Below, in pieces: positions 1 to 9,139 of a stretch of 64,000 bases of DNA. The stretch comes from Candidatus Altiarchaeota archaeon. Its GTDB lineage: Archaea > Altiarchaeota > Altiarchaeia > IMC4 > SCGC-AAA252-I15. Position numbers and translations under genes: made by a program. Each line of letters starts with the position of its first letter. Position 1 is the first letter of the stretch. The stretch covers positions 32,001-96,000 of the forward strand of contig JAZDNF010000008.1 of assembly GCA_043800255.1 (NCBI GenBank). The letters run 5' to 3'. The notes beneath the pieces were generated by a model. The model was not told the DNA's origin and made no database searches. It saw only the letters and a program-made list of their open reading frames with translations.

Positions 1-7
1 GAAAAAG

Positions 8-98
8 GGTGAGGCTTCAGTCTTATGCGATTCAGCCAGATCAGTGTAAGCAGAGGTGTTTACTGATACATAGATTCATAGGTAATCCGAGCCTCACC
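8..98 (-). ncRNA. Candidate ~91-nt structured small RNA (unassigned)
   Basis: 9-bp terminal stem GGTGAGGCT/AGCCTCACC (8-16/90-98) with inner stems; TTTAAA-like box at ~120-126 about 25 nt upstream on minus strand; U-tract directly after the stem; no sizeable ORF. Confidence 0.35.
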
Positions 99-172
99 AT
101 AATCATATGGTACTAAGGGTTTAAAAGATTGTCGGTTGCTGGTTTTAATACTTTTTCAACAATATGTAACCC

Positions 173-700
173 ATGTTGGGCAATATACTGCATGGCCTGT
201 GGTTCATACTTCCGGCCTATTTTGCCAATTCTATAGCAATAGACGTCACAGTTCTGCCTTTTCTTAAGCGCCTGAGCGCTCCAGTAGACTTCGGGAAAAG
301 CTTGAGGGGGAGGAGGCTATTGGGCGACGGTAAGACTTGGAGAGGCCTGTTCTCGGGCGTCCTCGGCGGGACTTTCGTCGGCTTCCTCATGTCCTACTAT
401 CAGCCGGCTGCCATAGGGTTTGCGCCTATGACTGTGAAGCTCGCGTTTCTGCTCTCTCTGGGGGCGATGTTGGGCGACATGACAGCCAGCGCCATAAAAA
501 GGCAGTCAAGGTTCGAGAGGGGAAGCGCTATCCCATTCCTCGACCAGCTTGATTACATATTCGGCGCTTTTTTCCTGGCGTGGACTGTGGTTCCAGTCGA
601 CATTAGCCTTTTCCTGACAGTCTGCGTAGTCACTCTGCCGCTGCACGTTTTTGCGAACATCGTCGCCTGGGCGTTGAAGATAAAAAGCGTTCCCTGGTAA
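173..700 (+). CDS. carS: CDP-archaeol synthase
   Basis: LPAYFAN, PVDFGK, LGDGKTWRG, GDMTASAIKRQ, PFLDQLDY motifs; hydrophobic. Confidence 0.9.
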   Translation: MLGNILHGLWFILPAYFANSIAIDVTVLPFLKRLSAPVDFGKSLRGRRLLGDGKTWRGLFSGVLGGTFVGFLMSYYQPAAIGFAPMTVKLAFLLSLGAMLGDMTASAIKRQSRFERGSAIPFLDQLDYIFGAFFLAWTVVPVDISLFLTVCVVTLPLHVFANIVAWALKIKSVPW

Positions 701-701
701 C

Positions 702-2039
702 ATGAGCTATGACGCCATAGTTGTCGGAGGCGGGATAAGCGGTCTGCTTTCAGCCCTCGTGTTGACGAAGGAGGAGAAGGATGTCATCCTCCTGGAGAGG
801 GATTCTTTTGTAGGCGGCAATGTGCGCTCCTACGAGCTCGAAGGCTACAGGGTGGACACGGGCCCTCATGCGATAACGTACATAAATGATGGGCCTCTGC
901 GGGAGCTCATGGACAGGTACTTTGTGAGGGTTCCCGAGTTCCTGCCTTATGGGAAGTATTATGTGAGGGATTCCAGGAATTTTCTGCCTTTCCCGTGGAC
1001 TATGCTGGCTTGGGCCAGGTTCGCCATTCTCCCTCTGGAGGACAGGCTGCAGCTTATAAAGGTGATGGGCTCCGCGATGACGGCATCGGCTTTCAGGGGA
1101 GTCGACCTCAACGCCAGCCTTTACGACTATCTCAGAGCGTGCAGGCTGTCTGACAGGACATGGAAGTTCGTCGACGCCCTCTCCTATTTCATGAGCGGGA
1201 AGTCGATGAAAGAGATGCCAGCCTGGAGGATGCTTAAGGGAGCCAGGTACGTGCAGGAGACCGATAGAAGGAGTCTTGGCGAAAGATTTCGTAAAGTGCT
1301 CAAGCTCTTCAGCTATGATGGAGCCTACCACCAGGGCTATCCGCGTGAGGGCTTGGGCGACATACTATCCTGTCTTCTGGATTCCATCCCTGTGGAGAGG
1401 TTCCAGCTGAAGTTGGACTCCAATGTCGAGTCGATTCTCGTGTCAGACGGCAAAGTCAGAGGGGTTTCCACCTCTGATGAGACGTTCGACTCGGATCTTG
1501 TCATATACTCAGGGTGTGCGAGCCAGCTTCCGAATCTTGTGGGAGGCCTTCCAGAGGAGTATGCGAAGAAGCTGTCGTCCCTTGAGCAGTCGACTTCTGT
1601 CAGCATATGGCTGGGCTTCGGGAAGCGGCTGCCGGAGCTGGATTACGTTGGCTCTGAGATATGGTTCGAGAGCGGGAAACCGTACTGGGGGATGCCAACC
1701 TCTAACTATAACAGCAGGTTCGCCCCTGATGGGAAGCAGCTTGCAGTGTTCACATCCTATGTTGAAGGCGACGCCAGAAAGGCCGAATCAGAGCTTCTGG
1801 AGACGGTCTATTCCGCTATACCGTCTGCCGAGGGGAATGCCGAATTCAAGCATGTTCAGGTCACCCACCCTGAGAAGGCTGCGCTGTCTGTCAATTATCA
1901 GTTCCCACAGGCTTCTACTCCTGTCGCCGGATTGTATCTTGTCGGCACCGACACTGACATGAGGAGCATGGGCATCACGCGGGCTGCGTTCTCTGTTCAG
2001 ACTCTTGTGGGCCTGCTAAAACAGAAGAAGACGTTATGA
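702..2039 (+). CDS. FAD-dependent oxidoreductase, phytoene desaturase-like
   Basis: N-terminal GGGISGL dinucleotide motif, GG..RS, DTGPH, C-terminal GLYLVG. Confidence 0.8.
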   Translation: MSYDAIVVGGGISGLLSALVLTKEEKDVILLERDSFVGGNVRSYELEGYRVDTGPHAITYINDGPLRELMDRYFVRVPEFLPYGKYYVRDSRNFLPFPWTMLAWARFAILPLEDRLQLIKVMGSAMTASAFRGVDLNASLYDYLRACRLSDRTWKFVDALSYFMSGKSMKEMPAWRMLKGARYVQETDRRSLGERFRKVLKLFSYDGAYHQGYPREGLGDILSCLLDSIPVERFQLKLDSNVESILVSDGKVRGVSTSDETFDSDLVIYSGCASQLPNLVGGLPEEYAKKLSSLEQSTSVSIWLGFGKRLPELDYVGSEIWFESGKPYWGMPTSNYNSRFAPDGKQLAVFTSYVEGDARKAESELLETVYSAIPSAEGNAEFKHVQVTHPEKAALSVNYQFPQASTPVAGLYLVGTDTDMRSMGITRAAFSVQTLVGLLKQKKTL

Positions 2040-2587
2040 ACCGTAAGGTAAAACATTTTTTCATAGTCTCATCCCTGCTAGGAGTCTTAGATTATATCAC
2101 AACAGCGTTGGCTGCTGCCGCTGTCGGCTTGGAGTATGAGTCTAACAGGCTGGTCGCTTCCCTCATAGGGCAGTCAAATAGTCCTGCATTGTTGTTGGCG
2201 TCTTTTTCCATGGGTTTGGGCTGCGTTCTGTTGTACGAGGGTTTTGGCAGGTTAAGGGCTGGGTCGGGGCATACGATGGCTTTGGCCTTTGTAGGCGCCC
2301 AGCTGACTGTCGTAGTCTCGAACATGGCATCCTTCGCTTTTGGAATGTCTTACATCAACCATCAGTGGATTCTCTACCCTGTTCTGGCTCTTCTAACTTA
2401 TAGTGGAGTATTCTATGCTTCTGACAGGAGGAATCTTCCAACAACAATCGGGTGCGTTTTTTTGAGCGTGCTGTCAGCCTTCTTCCTTTACTTTTTTATC
2501 GGCCTCAGGTTTCAAGCTTATTATATGGCCCCGTTGCTCGGCGTAATGCTCTTCAAGGCCGTTGTTGAGGTGTCAAAAAGGGGTTAG
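2036..2587 (+). CDS. Hypothetical multi-pass membrane protein (DUF5658-like N-terminus)
   Basis: LDYITT...ESN motif, several TM helices, ATGA overlap with upstream gene. Confidence 0.6.
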   Translation: MNRKVKHFFIVSSLLGVLDYITTALAAAAVGLEYESNRLVASLIGQSNSPALLLASFSMGLGCVLLYEGFGRLRAGSGHTMALAFVGAQLTVVVSNMASFAFGMSYINHQWILYPVLALLTYSGVFYASDRRNLPTTIGCVFLSVLSAFFLYFFIGLRFQAYYMAPLLGVMLFKAVVEVSKRG

Positions 2588-2969
2588 ACGTTCTCCTCGA
2601 ATGCCTTTTTTATAAGAGCTAATAGTTCGCTTTTTTGAATGGTTTCTTCAGGTAATAGTTTTTCGCGTGATTTCGTATGAACTCTTCCTTCTCCTCCCTG
2701 CCCAGATCAACAACAGTTAAGTAGATTATGGGTATTTCAGCCCACTCTTTAGCTTCTCGTATAAGCCTTCTGACCTCACGACCGTCCATCCCCGGCATCA
2801 GAACATCCAACAGTATGAGGTCTATCCTCTCTGCAGCCATCAGATTCAGGCATTCCTCGCCTCCGTAGGCTATGAGGACGTCATAGCCTTCCCTCTTGAG
2901 CAGAGTCTCCAGCAACTCCACTATCTCAGCATCGTCGTCGACGACGAGGACTGTCCTGCCCATGATCAT
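2584..2969 (-). CDS. Single-domain response regulator, apparent frameshift in A6 run near C-terminus
   Basis: VLVVDDD, LLDVLMPGMDG, KPF; in-frame stop at 2619, but the shifted frame continues SELLALIKKAFEENV to TAA at 2584. Confidence 0.8.
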
Positions 2970-3023
2970 ATTATTGAAAGGAAAAATTTATATATGAAAC
3001 GAGGGCAGATGTGAGAAGAATTA

Positions 3024-3150
3024 CGCCGAGGTTTGCGCAAGCCTATCCGGCTTGCTAACCTCTGCGTTCACCTTAACTATTGCCATTAAGAGCCACTAAG
3101 CGAACGAAGTGAGCGCATGTGGCTCATTTGATGAACCTTTGGAAAAGGTT
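3024..3150. repeat. Hairpin-module cluster 3' of tRNA-Ser, including 10-nt copy of tRNA 3' end
   Basis: CGCCGAGGTT at 3024-3033 equals 3151-3160; hairpins at 3090-3125 and 3133-3151. Confidence 0.7.
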
Positions 3151-3307
3151 CGCCGAGGTTGGGATTTGAACCCAAGTGGCCACAAGGACCACGGACTAGC
3201 TGCCACCTTGTCTTGTTTTTTCTTTTTCGTGCACGTTTTTCTTTTTTTCTAAAAAAGAAAAAGGTGCTAGCAGGCCCGCGCGTTAGACCATACTCCGCCA
3301 CCTCGGC
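3151..3307 (-). tRNA. tRNA-Ser(GCT) with 70-nt intron at 37/38 (3198-3267)
   Basis: GCCGAGG/CCTCGGC acceptor, long variable arm, GGTTCAAATCC T-arm, perfect BHB (CTGC/GCAG helix). Confidence 0.95.
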
Positions 3308-3339
3308 ATTGTGTTATCGGGTTTTGTTATCCTCTTGGC

Positions 3340-3436
3340 GAGGTGGTGGGTCTGAGCCCTTGCAGGGCGAAGCTGACCGCCACCTCAGCATTTTATGGCG
3401 ATGTTAACGACCCTCAGGTCGCGACCACCTCGGCAT
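3340..3436 (-). repeat. Two partial copies of tRNA-Ser 5' end, each joined to hairpins
   Basis: CCGCCACCTCAGCATT (~3377-3392) and CCACCTCGGCAT (3425-3436) match the gene's 5' end and leader at ~3295-3310. Confidence 0.75.
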
Positions 3437-3442
3437 AAAAAA

Positions 3443-3619
3443 TTATTCTAGCTTCTCTGCCTCGTCGATGAGCATTATGGGTATGTCGTCTTCCACCCTG
3501 TATTTGAGTTTGCAGGCGTGGCATGTGAGGTAGTGCTCTTTCTTGTTGTTCACGTACTCGAGGTCGCCTTTGCATTTGGGGCATGCGAGTATGTCCAGTA
3601 GTTTTTTGTCTAATGCCAT
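3443..3619 (-). CDS. trm112: Trm112 family methyltransferase activator (58 aa, absent from ORF track)
   Basis: Manual translation MALDKKLLDILACPKCKGDL...CHAC...YRVEDDIPIMLIDEA. Confidence 0.9.
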   Translation of the reverse strand: MALDKKLLDILACPKCKGDLEYVNNKKEHYLTCHACKLKYRVEDDIPIMLIDEAEKLE

Positions 3620-3652
3620 TTTTGGTGTAATATTTTAGTTCAAGGGCTTATA

Positions 3653-4621
3653 TTAATCGCTTTTCCACATGCGGGGGTAGACGCCGGTTTCCATGAAAAC
3701 CCTTTTGGATTTGACTATTTCCCCTTTTTTGAGTTCCAGCATCTGTTTCGAGTCGGTAAGGGCTTTTCCGACTGATATGAGCTCCCCTTTGAGGGTGGTT
3801 ATCGCAACATGGTCTCCTGCTTTTATGCCGGATTCCAGCTTCGACACTCCCGGCGCTTTCAGGGTTGCGCCGTGGCATATGGAGTCAACGGCGCCGTCTT
3901 TGACCCAGATTTTTGGCATCCCCTTGAGGGCGTCTTCCACGTGTGTCAGGCGTTCAATAAGTTTGCGGCTGTCTCCCTGCTTGTGGTATTCGAAGGCGTC
4001 TCTCAGATCATGCAGTCTGATGCAGTCGTCCTCGGTTATCCATCCTACCTTAGTCCTCCTGAGTTCGAGCATGTGCGCTCCGACTCCGAGGACTGTGCCG
4101 ATGTCGTGGCAGAGTTTTCTGACGTATGTGCCTGCCTCGCAGTTCACCTTCAGGAGGACTTTTCTCCCGTCTTTTTCGAGGATGACGATTTTGTGGATTG
4201 TCCTGACTCTGAGCTCTCTTTTGACTGCTGACTTCAGGGGCGGGCGCTGGTATATGCCGCCTGTGAATTCTCTTAGCACGCCTTCCAGGTCTTTGTCAGG
4301 CACTTCCTTGTGCAGTTCCAGGATGCCTACGTACTCTTTGTTCAGGTTCAGGAAGGTCAGCACTCTGGTGGCATACTCTAGTCCTATGGGGAGCACTCCA
4401 GTAACGTTCGGGTCCAGTGTTCCTGAGTAGCCTGCCTTTTCGATGCCAAGCATCCTCTTCACCCACACTGTGACCTGGTGGGATGTGGGGCCGCTTGGCT
4501 TGTTGAGGTAGACGAAGCTCTTTTTCAGTCTTTCTTCGACTGTTCTAGAATCTGGCTCGCAGCCGAAATCTGGGTTCGTCTTCTCCTCGTCTTTTACGAG
4601 AATGTCCTTGGCGCCTTCCAT
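3653..4621 (-). CDS. cbf5: H/ACA RNA-guided pseudouridine synthase Cbf5
   Basis: KPSGPTSHQV, GTLDP catalytic Asp, QRPPLKSAVKR, AGTYVRKLC, PUA domain. Confidence 0.95.
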   Translation of the reverse strand: MEGAKDILVKDEEKTNPDFGCEPDSRTVEERLKKSFVYLNKPSGPTSHQVTVWVKRMLGIEKAGYSGTLDPNVTGVLPIGLEYATRVLTFLNLNKEYVGILELHKEVPDKDLEGVLREFTGGIYQRPPLKSAVKRELRVRTIHKIVILEKDGRKVLLKVNCEAGTYVRKLCHDIGTVLGVGAHMLELRRTKVGWITEDDCIRLHDLRDAFEYHKQGDSRKLIERLTHVEDALKGMPKIWVKDGAVDSICHGATLKAPGVSKLESGIKAGDHVAITTLKGELISVGKALTDSKQMLELKKGEIVKSKRVFMETGVYPRMWKSD

Positions 4622-4622
4622 T

Positions 4623-4859
4623 TCAGGGGAGGTCGGCTTTCTTCATCGCGTCTAACACTGTTTTACTGTCCGCGCCTTTCTTGATTTTCACTGTCGCGGG
4701 GAGGGGTTCGATGTGTTTGATGTTTACTTTGCCTCTTTTGACGTTCTCCCCTTCCACTATTACGGTGTTCTTGTCTGCGGTGTCTGCTATCACGCAGTAT
4801 TCGCCAGCGTCGTTTCCGCGCAGTTTGACGCAGACTCTTCCAACTTCTATCAAAGCCAT
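4623..4859 (-). CDS. rpl14e: 50S ribosomal protein L14e
   Basis: IEVGRVCVKLRG...VNIKHIEP; adjacent to cbf5 as in many archaea. Confidence 0.93.
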   Translation of the reverse strand: MALIEVGRVCVKLRGNDAGEYCVIADTADKNTVIVEGENVKRGKVNIKHIEPLPATVKIKKGADSKTVLDAMKKADLP

Positions 4860-4902
4860 TTTGAGATAAATGATAGGGTGTTCAGCCTTAAAAAGTAAAC
4901 GC

Positions 4903-6315
4903 CTATAGTGTGTCGAGGCAGTCGGGGTCTGCGGGCGGGCACACTGGATTCTGGCCTGGGCAGTTCTGGCATGGCAGGCTATTCCAGTCGACGCAGCAGC
5001 AGGTTTCCCCCTGGAACTCGTAGAAGGCGCTTGCGACGCAGCTTGTCTTGCAATTCTGGGTTATCTGCTGCAGCTTCTGTGAGGCCCAGTCCTTGCACTG
5101 CTGTTGCGTGTTTATCACCGGCGCTCCGAAGACTCCGGTGTTTATCCACTGGTATCCGTTCACGCCCTGGTCATCGCAGTACATCTGGCAGTTAGGATAG
5201 CACAGGCAGTCGCTCTCGCATCCCAGATATATGTCGATGTCCTCGCAGTCGAAATCTGATTCGCACTCCTCTCCTGGCTCCACAACATCGTTGCCGCATT
5301 CGTACTCGTAACAGTAATAGCAGTGGCTGCATGTGTCCCACTGTTTGCAGTATCCGACGTCAGGGTCGTTGCAGTATTTTATGCATTCGGTGTAATTCTT
5401 CAGCACCAGCGCGCCTCCCAATGTTGAGCAGTCTTTGTCCTTGCAGTAGTTGCATGGCGTGCTCTGGTACTGGGAGCATTCTTCACACTCCGCATCGCAG
5501 TTTCCGCCGCAGTTCACATCGTTGTAGAGGCTTCCGCCGCAGGTCACGGAAACTGTCGTGGTAGCCTGTACAGATGTCGTTGGCGTTGATGTGGTAGCTC
5601 CTCCCACGGTTGTCGGCGTCGAGGTCGTTGCTCCGGCAGTTGTTGTTGGTTGTGTCGAAGTTGTTGGGGTCGTGCCCGTCTGGCAGTAGGCTGTGCACTT
5701 GCAGGCTGATTCATCCCAGACGCAGTTCAGCACCGTCTGGCCTCTTGAAGTGCACTGGCTGTTGCAGTGGGCTGTGCAGTCGTCTTTGCCCCAGGCGCAC
5801 TTTTTCGTGCTCGAAACTGGGACTCCCTCATCGTCGGTGCACTGCCCGTTGAGGCATCTTTCAGCGCATGTTTCGACTATCTCGGTCTTTATGCTGCCCA
5901 TGCACTTCGAGTCTGCCGTTCCCGGCTTGCTGCAACGGTATGAGGTTACATCCTGGACTACCTTCTCCTGGTAGCATCTTAGCTGGCCCAGATTCGGGCC
6001 GCCGCAGTCAGCATTTATAGTGCATGTGAACTTTGTGCTCGTGGTAGTCTCAACGCTCGTTGTTGGTTCAGCAGTTGTCGTTGATTCTACAGTGCTGGCG
6101 ACGGTCGTCTCCTCTAAAGTGGTTGTCTTCTCGTCGTTGTCGCATATCGAGTTGTTATCACCGTCCAGGCAGCATTCTTTCCCGACCTGGATGTAGGGCA
6201 CGTTGCAGACAATTTCCGCCTGAGCGGGCGCCTTCTGGCTGGGGGAAGTGCAGCCAGCAGCAAGCATTACAGAGACTAGAAACAGGACTGTGATGATCTT
6301 TTCATTCAGCTTCAT
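4903..6315 (-). CDS. Cys-rich, Thr-rich secreted lipoprotein
   Basis: Signal peptide ending AAGC, CCLDxxxNxICD motif, Thr-rich linkers, many Cys. Confidence 0.8.
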   Translation of the reverse strand: MKLNEKIITVLFLVSVMLAAGCTSPSQKAPAQAEIVCNVPYIQVGKECCLDGDNNSICDNDEKTTTLEETTVASTVESTTTAEPTTSVETTTSTKFTCTINADCGGPNLGQLRCYQEKVVQDVTSYRCSKPGTADSKCMGSIKTEIVETCAERCLNGQCTDDEGVPVSSTKKCAWGKDDCTAHCNSQCTSRGQTVLNCVWDESACKCTAYCQTGTTPTTSTQPTTTAGATTSTPTTVGGATTSTPTTSVQATTTVSVTCGGSLYNDVNCGGNCDAECEECSQYQSTPCNYCKDKDCSTLGGALVLKNYTECIKYCNDPDVGYCKQWDTCSHCYYCYEYECGNDVVEPGEECESDFDCEDIDIYLGCESDCLCYPNCQMYCDDQGVNGYQWINTGVFGAPVINTQQQCKDWASQKLQQITQNCKTSCVASAFYEFQGETCCCVDWNSLPCQNCPGQNPVCPPADPDCLDTL

Positions 6316-6362
6316 CCAACTTCCCAGATAATTATCTGATAGAGTCTATAAAAATCCCCAAA

Positions 6363-7067
6363 TCAGTTGTGAACAGTAACCTTGTTCTCGTAAATCTCAT
6401 AAACTGTCTTATCCCCTCTGATTCCCCCCTTGAGAGTGTGATATCTTGTCACGTCGGCTCTGCCGTCGTTTTTCAGCGTGATGTTCGTGACATTGTCTCC
6501 TCGCGGCTCGCCTGCGACCGGCTTCTCGAAATCCTCATACGATACTTTGAATTCCCGCCCGGACAGTTCGTCTTTTGTGAATTTTATCATGTCTGTCGCA
6601 GTGTCCTTCTCGCCGATGCCGTTCCCCTTGACCAGGTAGACAATGGTGTCCTTTGCTTTCGCGAGCTTGAGCCATTCGTCCAGGAAGCCGCCGATGTCTA
6701 CAGTAGTGTGAGTGTGTGCCAAACCTATCAGCTTCTTCTCTTTATTGACAAGGCACACGTACATGCAGCTTGAGGCGAACTCAGACGCCAGGCTTTCGAG
6801 TTCGTTGGTTATGCGCCCGTATCCCTGGATTATGCTGCCTTCTGATGTGGGGCTTCCCTTCGCCTCCTCTAGGAACGCGTCGGTGAGCCTTCCGTCGCCT
6901 GTCCGGTATTTTTCCCTGCGGGCCAGCCTGAACGTCCAAGTCCCGACCGCGTCCTCAGCTAGTTCAGTCCTCGTCTTCCATCGTTCTCCGACCTGGCGGA
7001 TTTGCTCGACCTCGTCATATTCCCTTCTCTCGTGAGGGGGGTGGCCGGCCTCTCTGGTGACGCTCAT
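6363..7067 (-). CDS. Hypothetical protein with CheD-like deamidase motif
   Basis: SSCMYVCLVN...IGLAH resembles CheD GSC..V.L.D....GGLAH. Confidence 0.55.
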   Translation of the reverse strand: MSVTREAGHPPHERREYDEVEQIRQVGERWKTRTELAEDAVGTWTFRLARREKYRTGDGRLTDAFLEEAKGSPTSEGSIIQGYGRITNELESLASEFASSCMYVCLVNKEKKLIGLAHTHTTVDIGGFLDEWLKLAKAKDTIVYLVKGNGIGEKDTATDMIKFTKDELSGREFKVSYEDFEKPVAGEPRGDNVTNITLKNDGRADVTRYHTLKGGIRGDKTVYEIYENKVTVHN

Positions 7068-7102
7068 AGTATATTACAATACGCTGCCGGCAGATTAATA
7101 GC

Positions 7103-7756
7103 TCAGAGGGTTGAGAAATCTTTCCCGTGTTTTTGGAGGAATTTTTTCAGATTTTTTTGGGGGATCTTGTGAGGTTTCCCTATCAGCTTAGCTCCAACGT
7201 AGACTTTCGCCATCTTCTCAACGAGTTCTGCCATCTTCACGGTATGTTCGACGGTGCGACCGCAGACTAGGGCGCCGTGGTTCGCCAGGAGCGTCCCGTT
7301 CCTGTTCCCAAGAGCCTTCACAGCCTTTGCCCCTATTTTTTCGGTGTTGGCTTCTGCGTATTCTGACACGTTGACTTCTCCGCCTAAGAAGATTGCCATC
7401 TCTTCCAGGAGTACGGGTATCTTTTCCCTGGCTGCTGACAGCATCGTGGCGTACGGCGAGTGCGTGTGTATGACACACTTTGCTTTAGGCTTCGCCCTGT
7501 AGACTGCAGCATGCAATCGATACTCTGATGAGGGTTTCCTGCCTTTGCTGACCTGTGTTCCGTCGAATCTTATGCGTACTATGTCTTCTGCAATCAGCTT
7601 TCCATAGTCGTTGAACGTTGGCGTTATGTAGAGTTCCTCCCTGTCAGGGACTCTGACACTCACATTCCCTTCACCGGTCTCAACCAGTCCCCTCTCGTGT
7701 ATCGCCTTAGCAGCCTTGAGAACCTCTCCCCTGAGCTTCTTCTCTTCTGAGTCCAT
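7103..7756 (-). CDS. Class II aldolase/adducin family protein (fuculose-1-P aldolase-like)
   Basis: GNVSVR, PSSEYRLH, HTHSPYAT, LLANHG. Confidence 0.92.
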   Translation of the reverse strand: MDSEEKKLRGEVLKAAKAIHERGLVETGEGNVSVRVPDREELYITPTFNDYGKLIAEDIVRIRFDGTQVSKGRKPSSEYRLHAAVYRAKPKAKCVIHTHSPYATMLSAAREKIPVLLEEMAIFLGGEVNVSEYAEANTEKIGAKAVKALGNRNGTLLANHGALVCGRTVEHTVKMAELVEKMAKVYVGAKLIGKPHKIPQKNLKKFLQKHGKDFSTL

Positions 7757-7892
7757 CTCCTCTGGAATATTATTAACCGAATTCTATTAAAGATTATCTA
7801 GGGACAGGAGAGAAGCCAGCTTATACGCTTACAGTGGCTGATTTCCCGGTTAGTTGGTTTTTAATCGGCAGGCCAGAATCTTATAATAGGAC

Positions 7893-8882
7893 ATGGTCGA
7901 GTACGATACTGCGGAGAGGAGCGTCGTCACGGATGTGCCGTCCATACAGTTGGGTTCTACGTTAAAGGACGCTGAGAGTCTCCTTATGAGGGGGGCGAAA
8001 TATTACAGCACGGTAGACTACGTGTACGTTCTCAACAAATCTGGGGTGCTTGTCGGCGTCATGTCCGTGAGGGAGATTCTCGGCGCCGCGGACAAGAGCG
8101 TGAAAGTGGACGATGTTATGGTCAAGAATCCTGTGGTCGCGCACCTTCACACTCACCAGGAGACTCTCGTGTACAGGGCTCTCAAGCATGGCATAAAGTC
8201 GATGCCCATCGTAGACAGGAGCGGAGTGTTCATCGGCGTCGTGCCTTTCAACACCATTCTGCAGATTTTCAACGAGGAGCTTCACGGCGAGATACTCAAG
8301 TTGGGAGGAGTCTACCATAAGGTCGGGAAGGAGTTCGCAACCATAAACTCTAAGACGGCGACGATGATCAGGCACAGGATGCCGTGGCTTGTTGTGGGAG
8401 TCCTTGGCGGTGCTGTCACCGCTACCATCGTCGGCAGCTTTGAGGATGTGTTGAGCAGGCTTATCACCCTCGCAGCGTTTACCCCGGTTCTCGCCTACCT
8501 CAGCGATGCTGTCGGCACACAGTCTGAGACGCTGGCTGTTAGGAGCATAGCATTAGACCCGAAACTTTCTGTCAGAGCCTATTTTGCGAGGGAGCTTTCT
8601 GTCGCGCTTGTGCTGGCGTTAACCTGCGGGATACTTTTGGCCGCGGTGGCTGAAATCGGCTGGGCTGACCCAGTCCTCAGCGTCATAGTCGGCATCTCAA
8701 TGTTCCTGAGCATCATAGCAGCGGTCATGATCTCAACAACGTTGCCTTTCATCCTGAGGAAATTTAACGTAGACCCAGCATACGCTTCAGGCCCCTTCGC
8801 TACCATGATAAGCGACATCGCAACCGTCACCATATACTTCCTCACCGCCACACAACTCCTAACAACCAACGGCCTGCTCTGA
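7893..8882 (+). CDS. mgtE: MgtE magnesium transporter (CBS pair + TM domain)
   Basis: Two CBS domains, RMPWL, GTQS, DPAYASGPFATMISD. Confidence 0.9.
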   Translation: MVEYDTAERSVVTDVPSIQLGSTLKDAESLLMRGAKYYSTVDYVYVLNKSGVLVGVMSVREILGAADKSVKVDDVMVKNPVVAHLHTHQETLVYRALKHGIKSMPIVDRSGVFIGVVPFNTILQIFNEELHGEILKLGGVYHKVGKEFATINSKTATMIRHRMPWLVVGVLGGAVTATIVGSFEDVLSRLITLAAFTPVLAYLSDAVGTQSETLAVRSIALDPKLSVRAYFARELSVALVLALTCGILLAAVAEIGWADPVLSVIVGISMFLSIIAAVMISTTLPFILRKFNVDPAYASGPFATMISDIATVTIYFLTATQLLTTNGLL

Positions 8883-9139
8883 AAAGAACTAACACGCAGC
8901 TTCTGAGATGATTTAGATTCCATATAGAATCACCTCAGCTTGGCTATATGAACCTAAAACGAAGAAGTGATTTGTTTTTATTCTCGTTCTAATACATAAC
9001 TGAGGGGCTGATATGGCAACTAAAAACAGGGTATGCGGGATACATACAAGAGTGTAATGGAGCTTGTCAGAGACGCTTTAACAAAACCAACTCCTGAGGA
9101 ATAACATCCTAGATATACACTCCAGCCTCTTGTCCGAAA

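Noticed and set aside
8-98. tRNA-Sec suggested by the 9-bp stem
   Set aside because: No T-loop consensus or UCA anticodon arm
3693-4430. Long antisense ORFs opposite conserved genes (also 53945-54658 and 59565-60170)
   Set aside because: Shadow frames of well-supported genes
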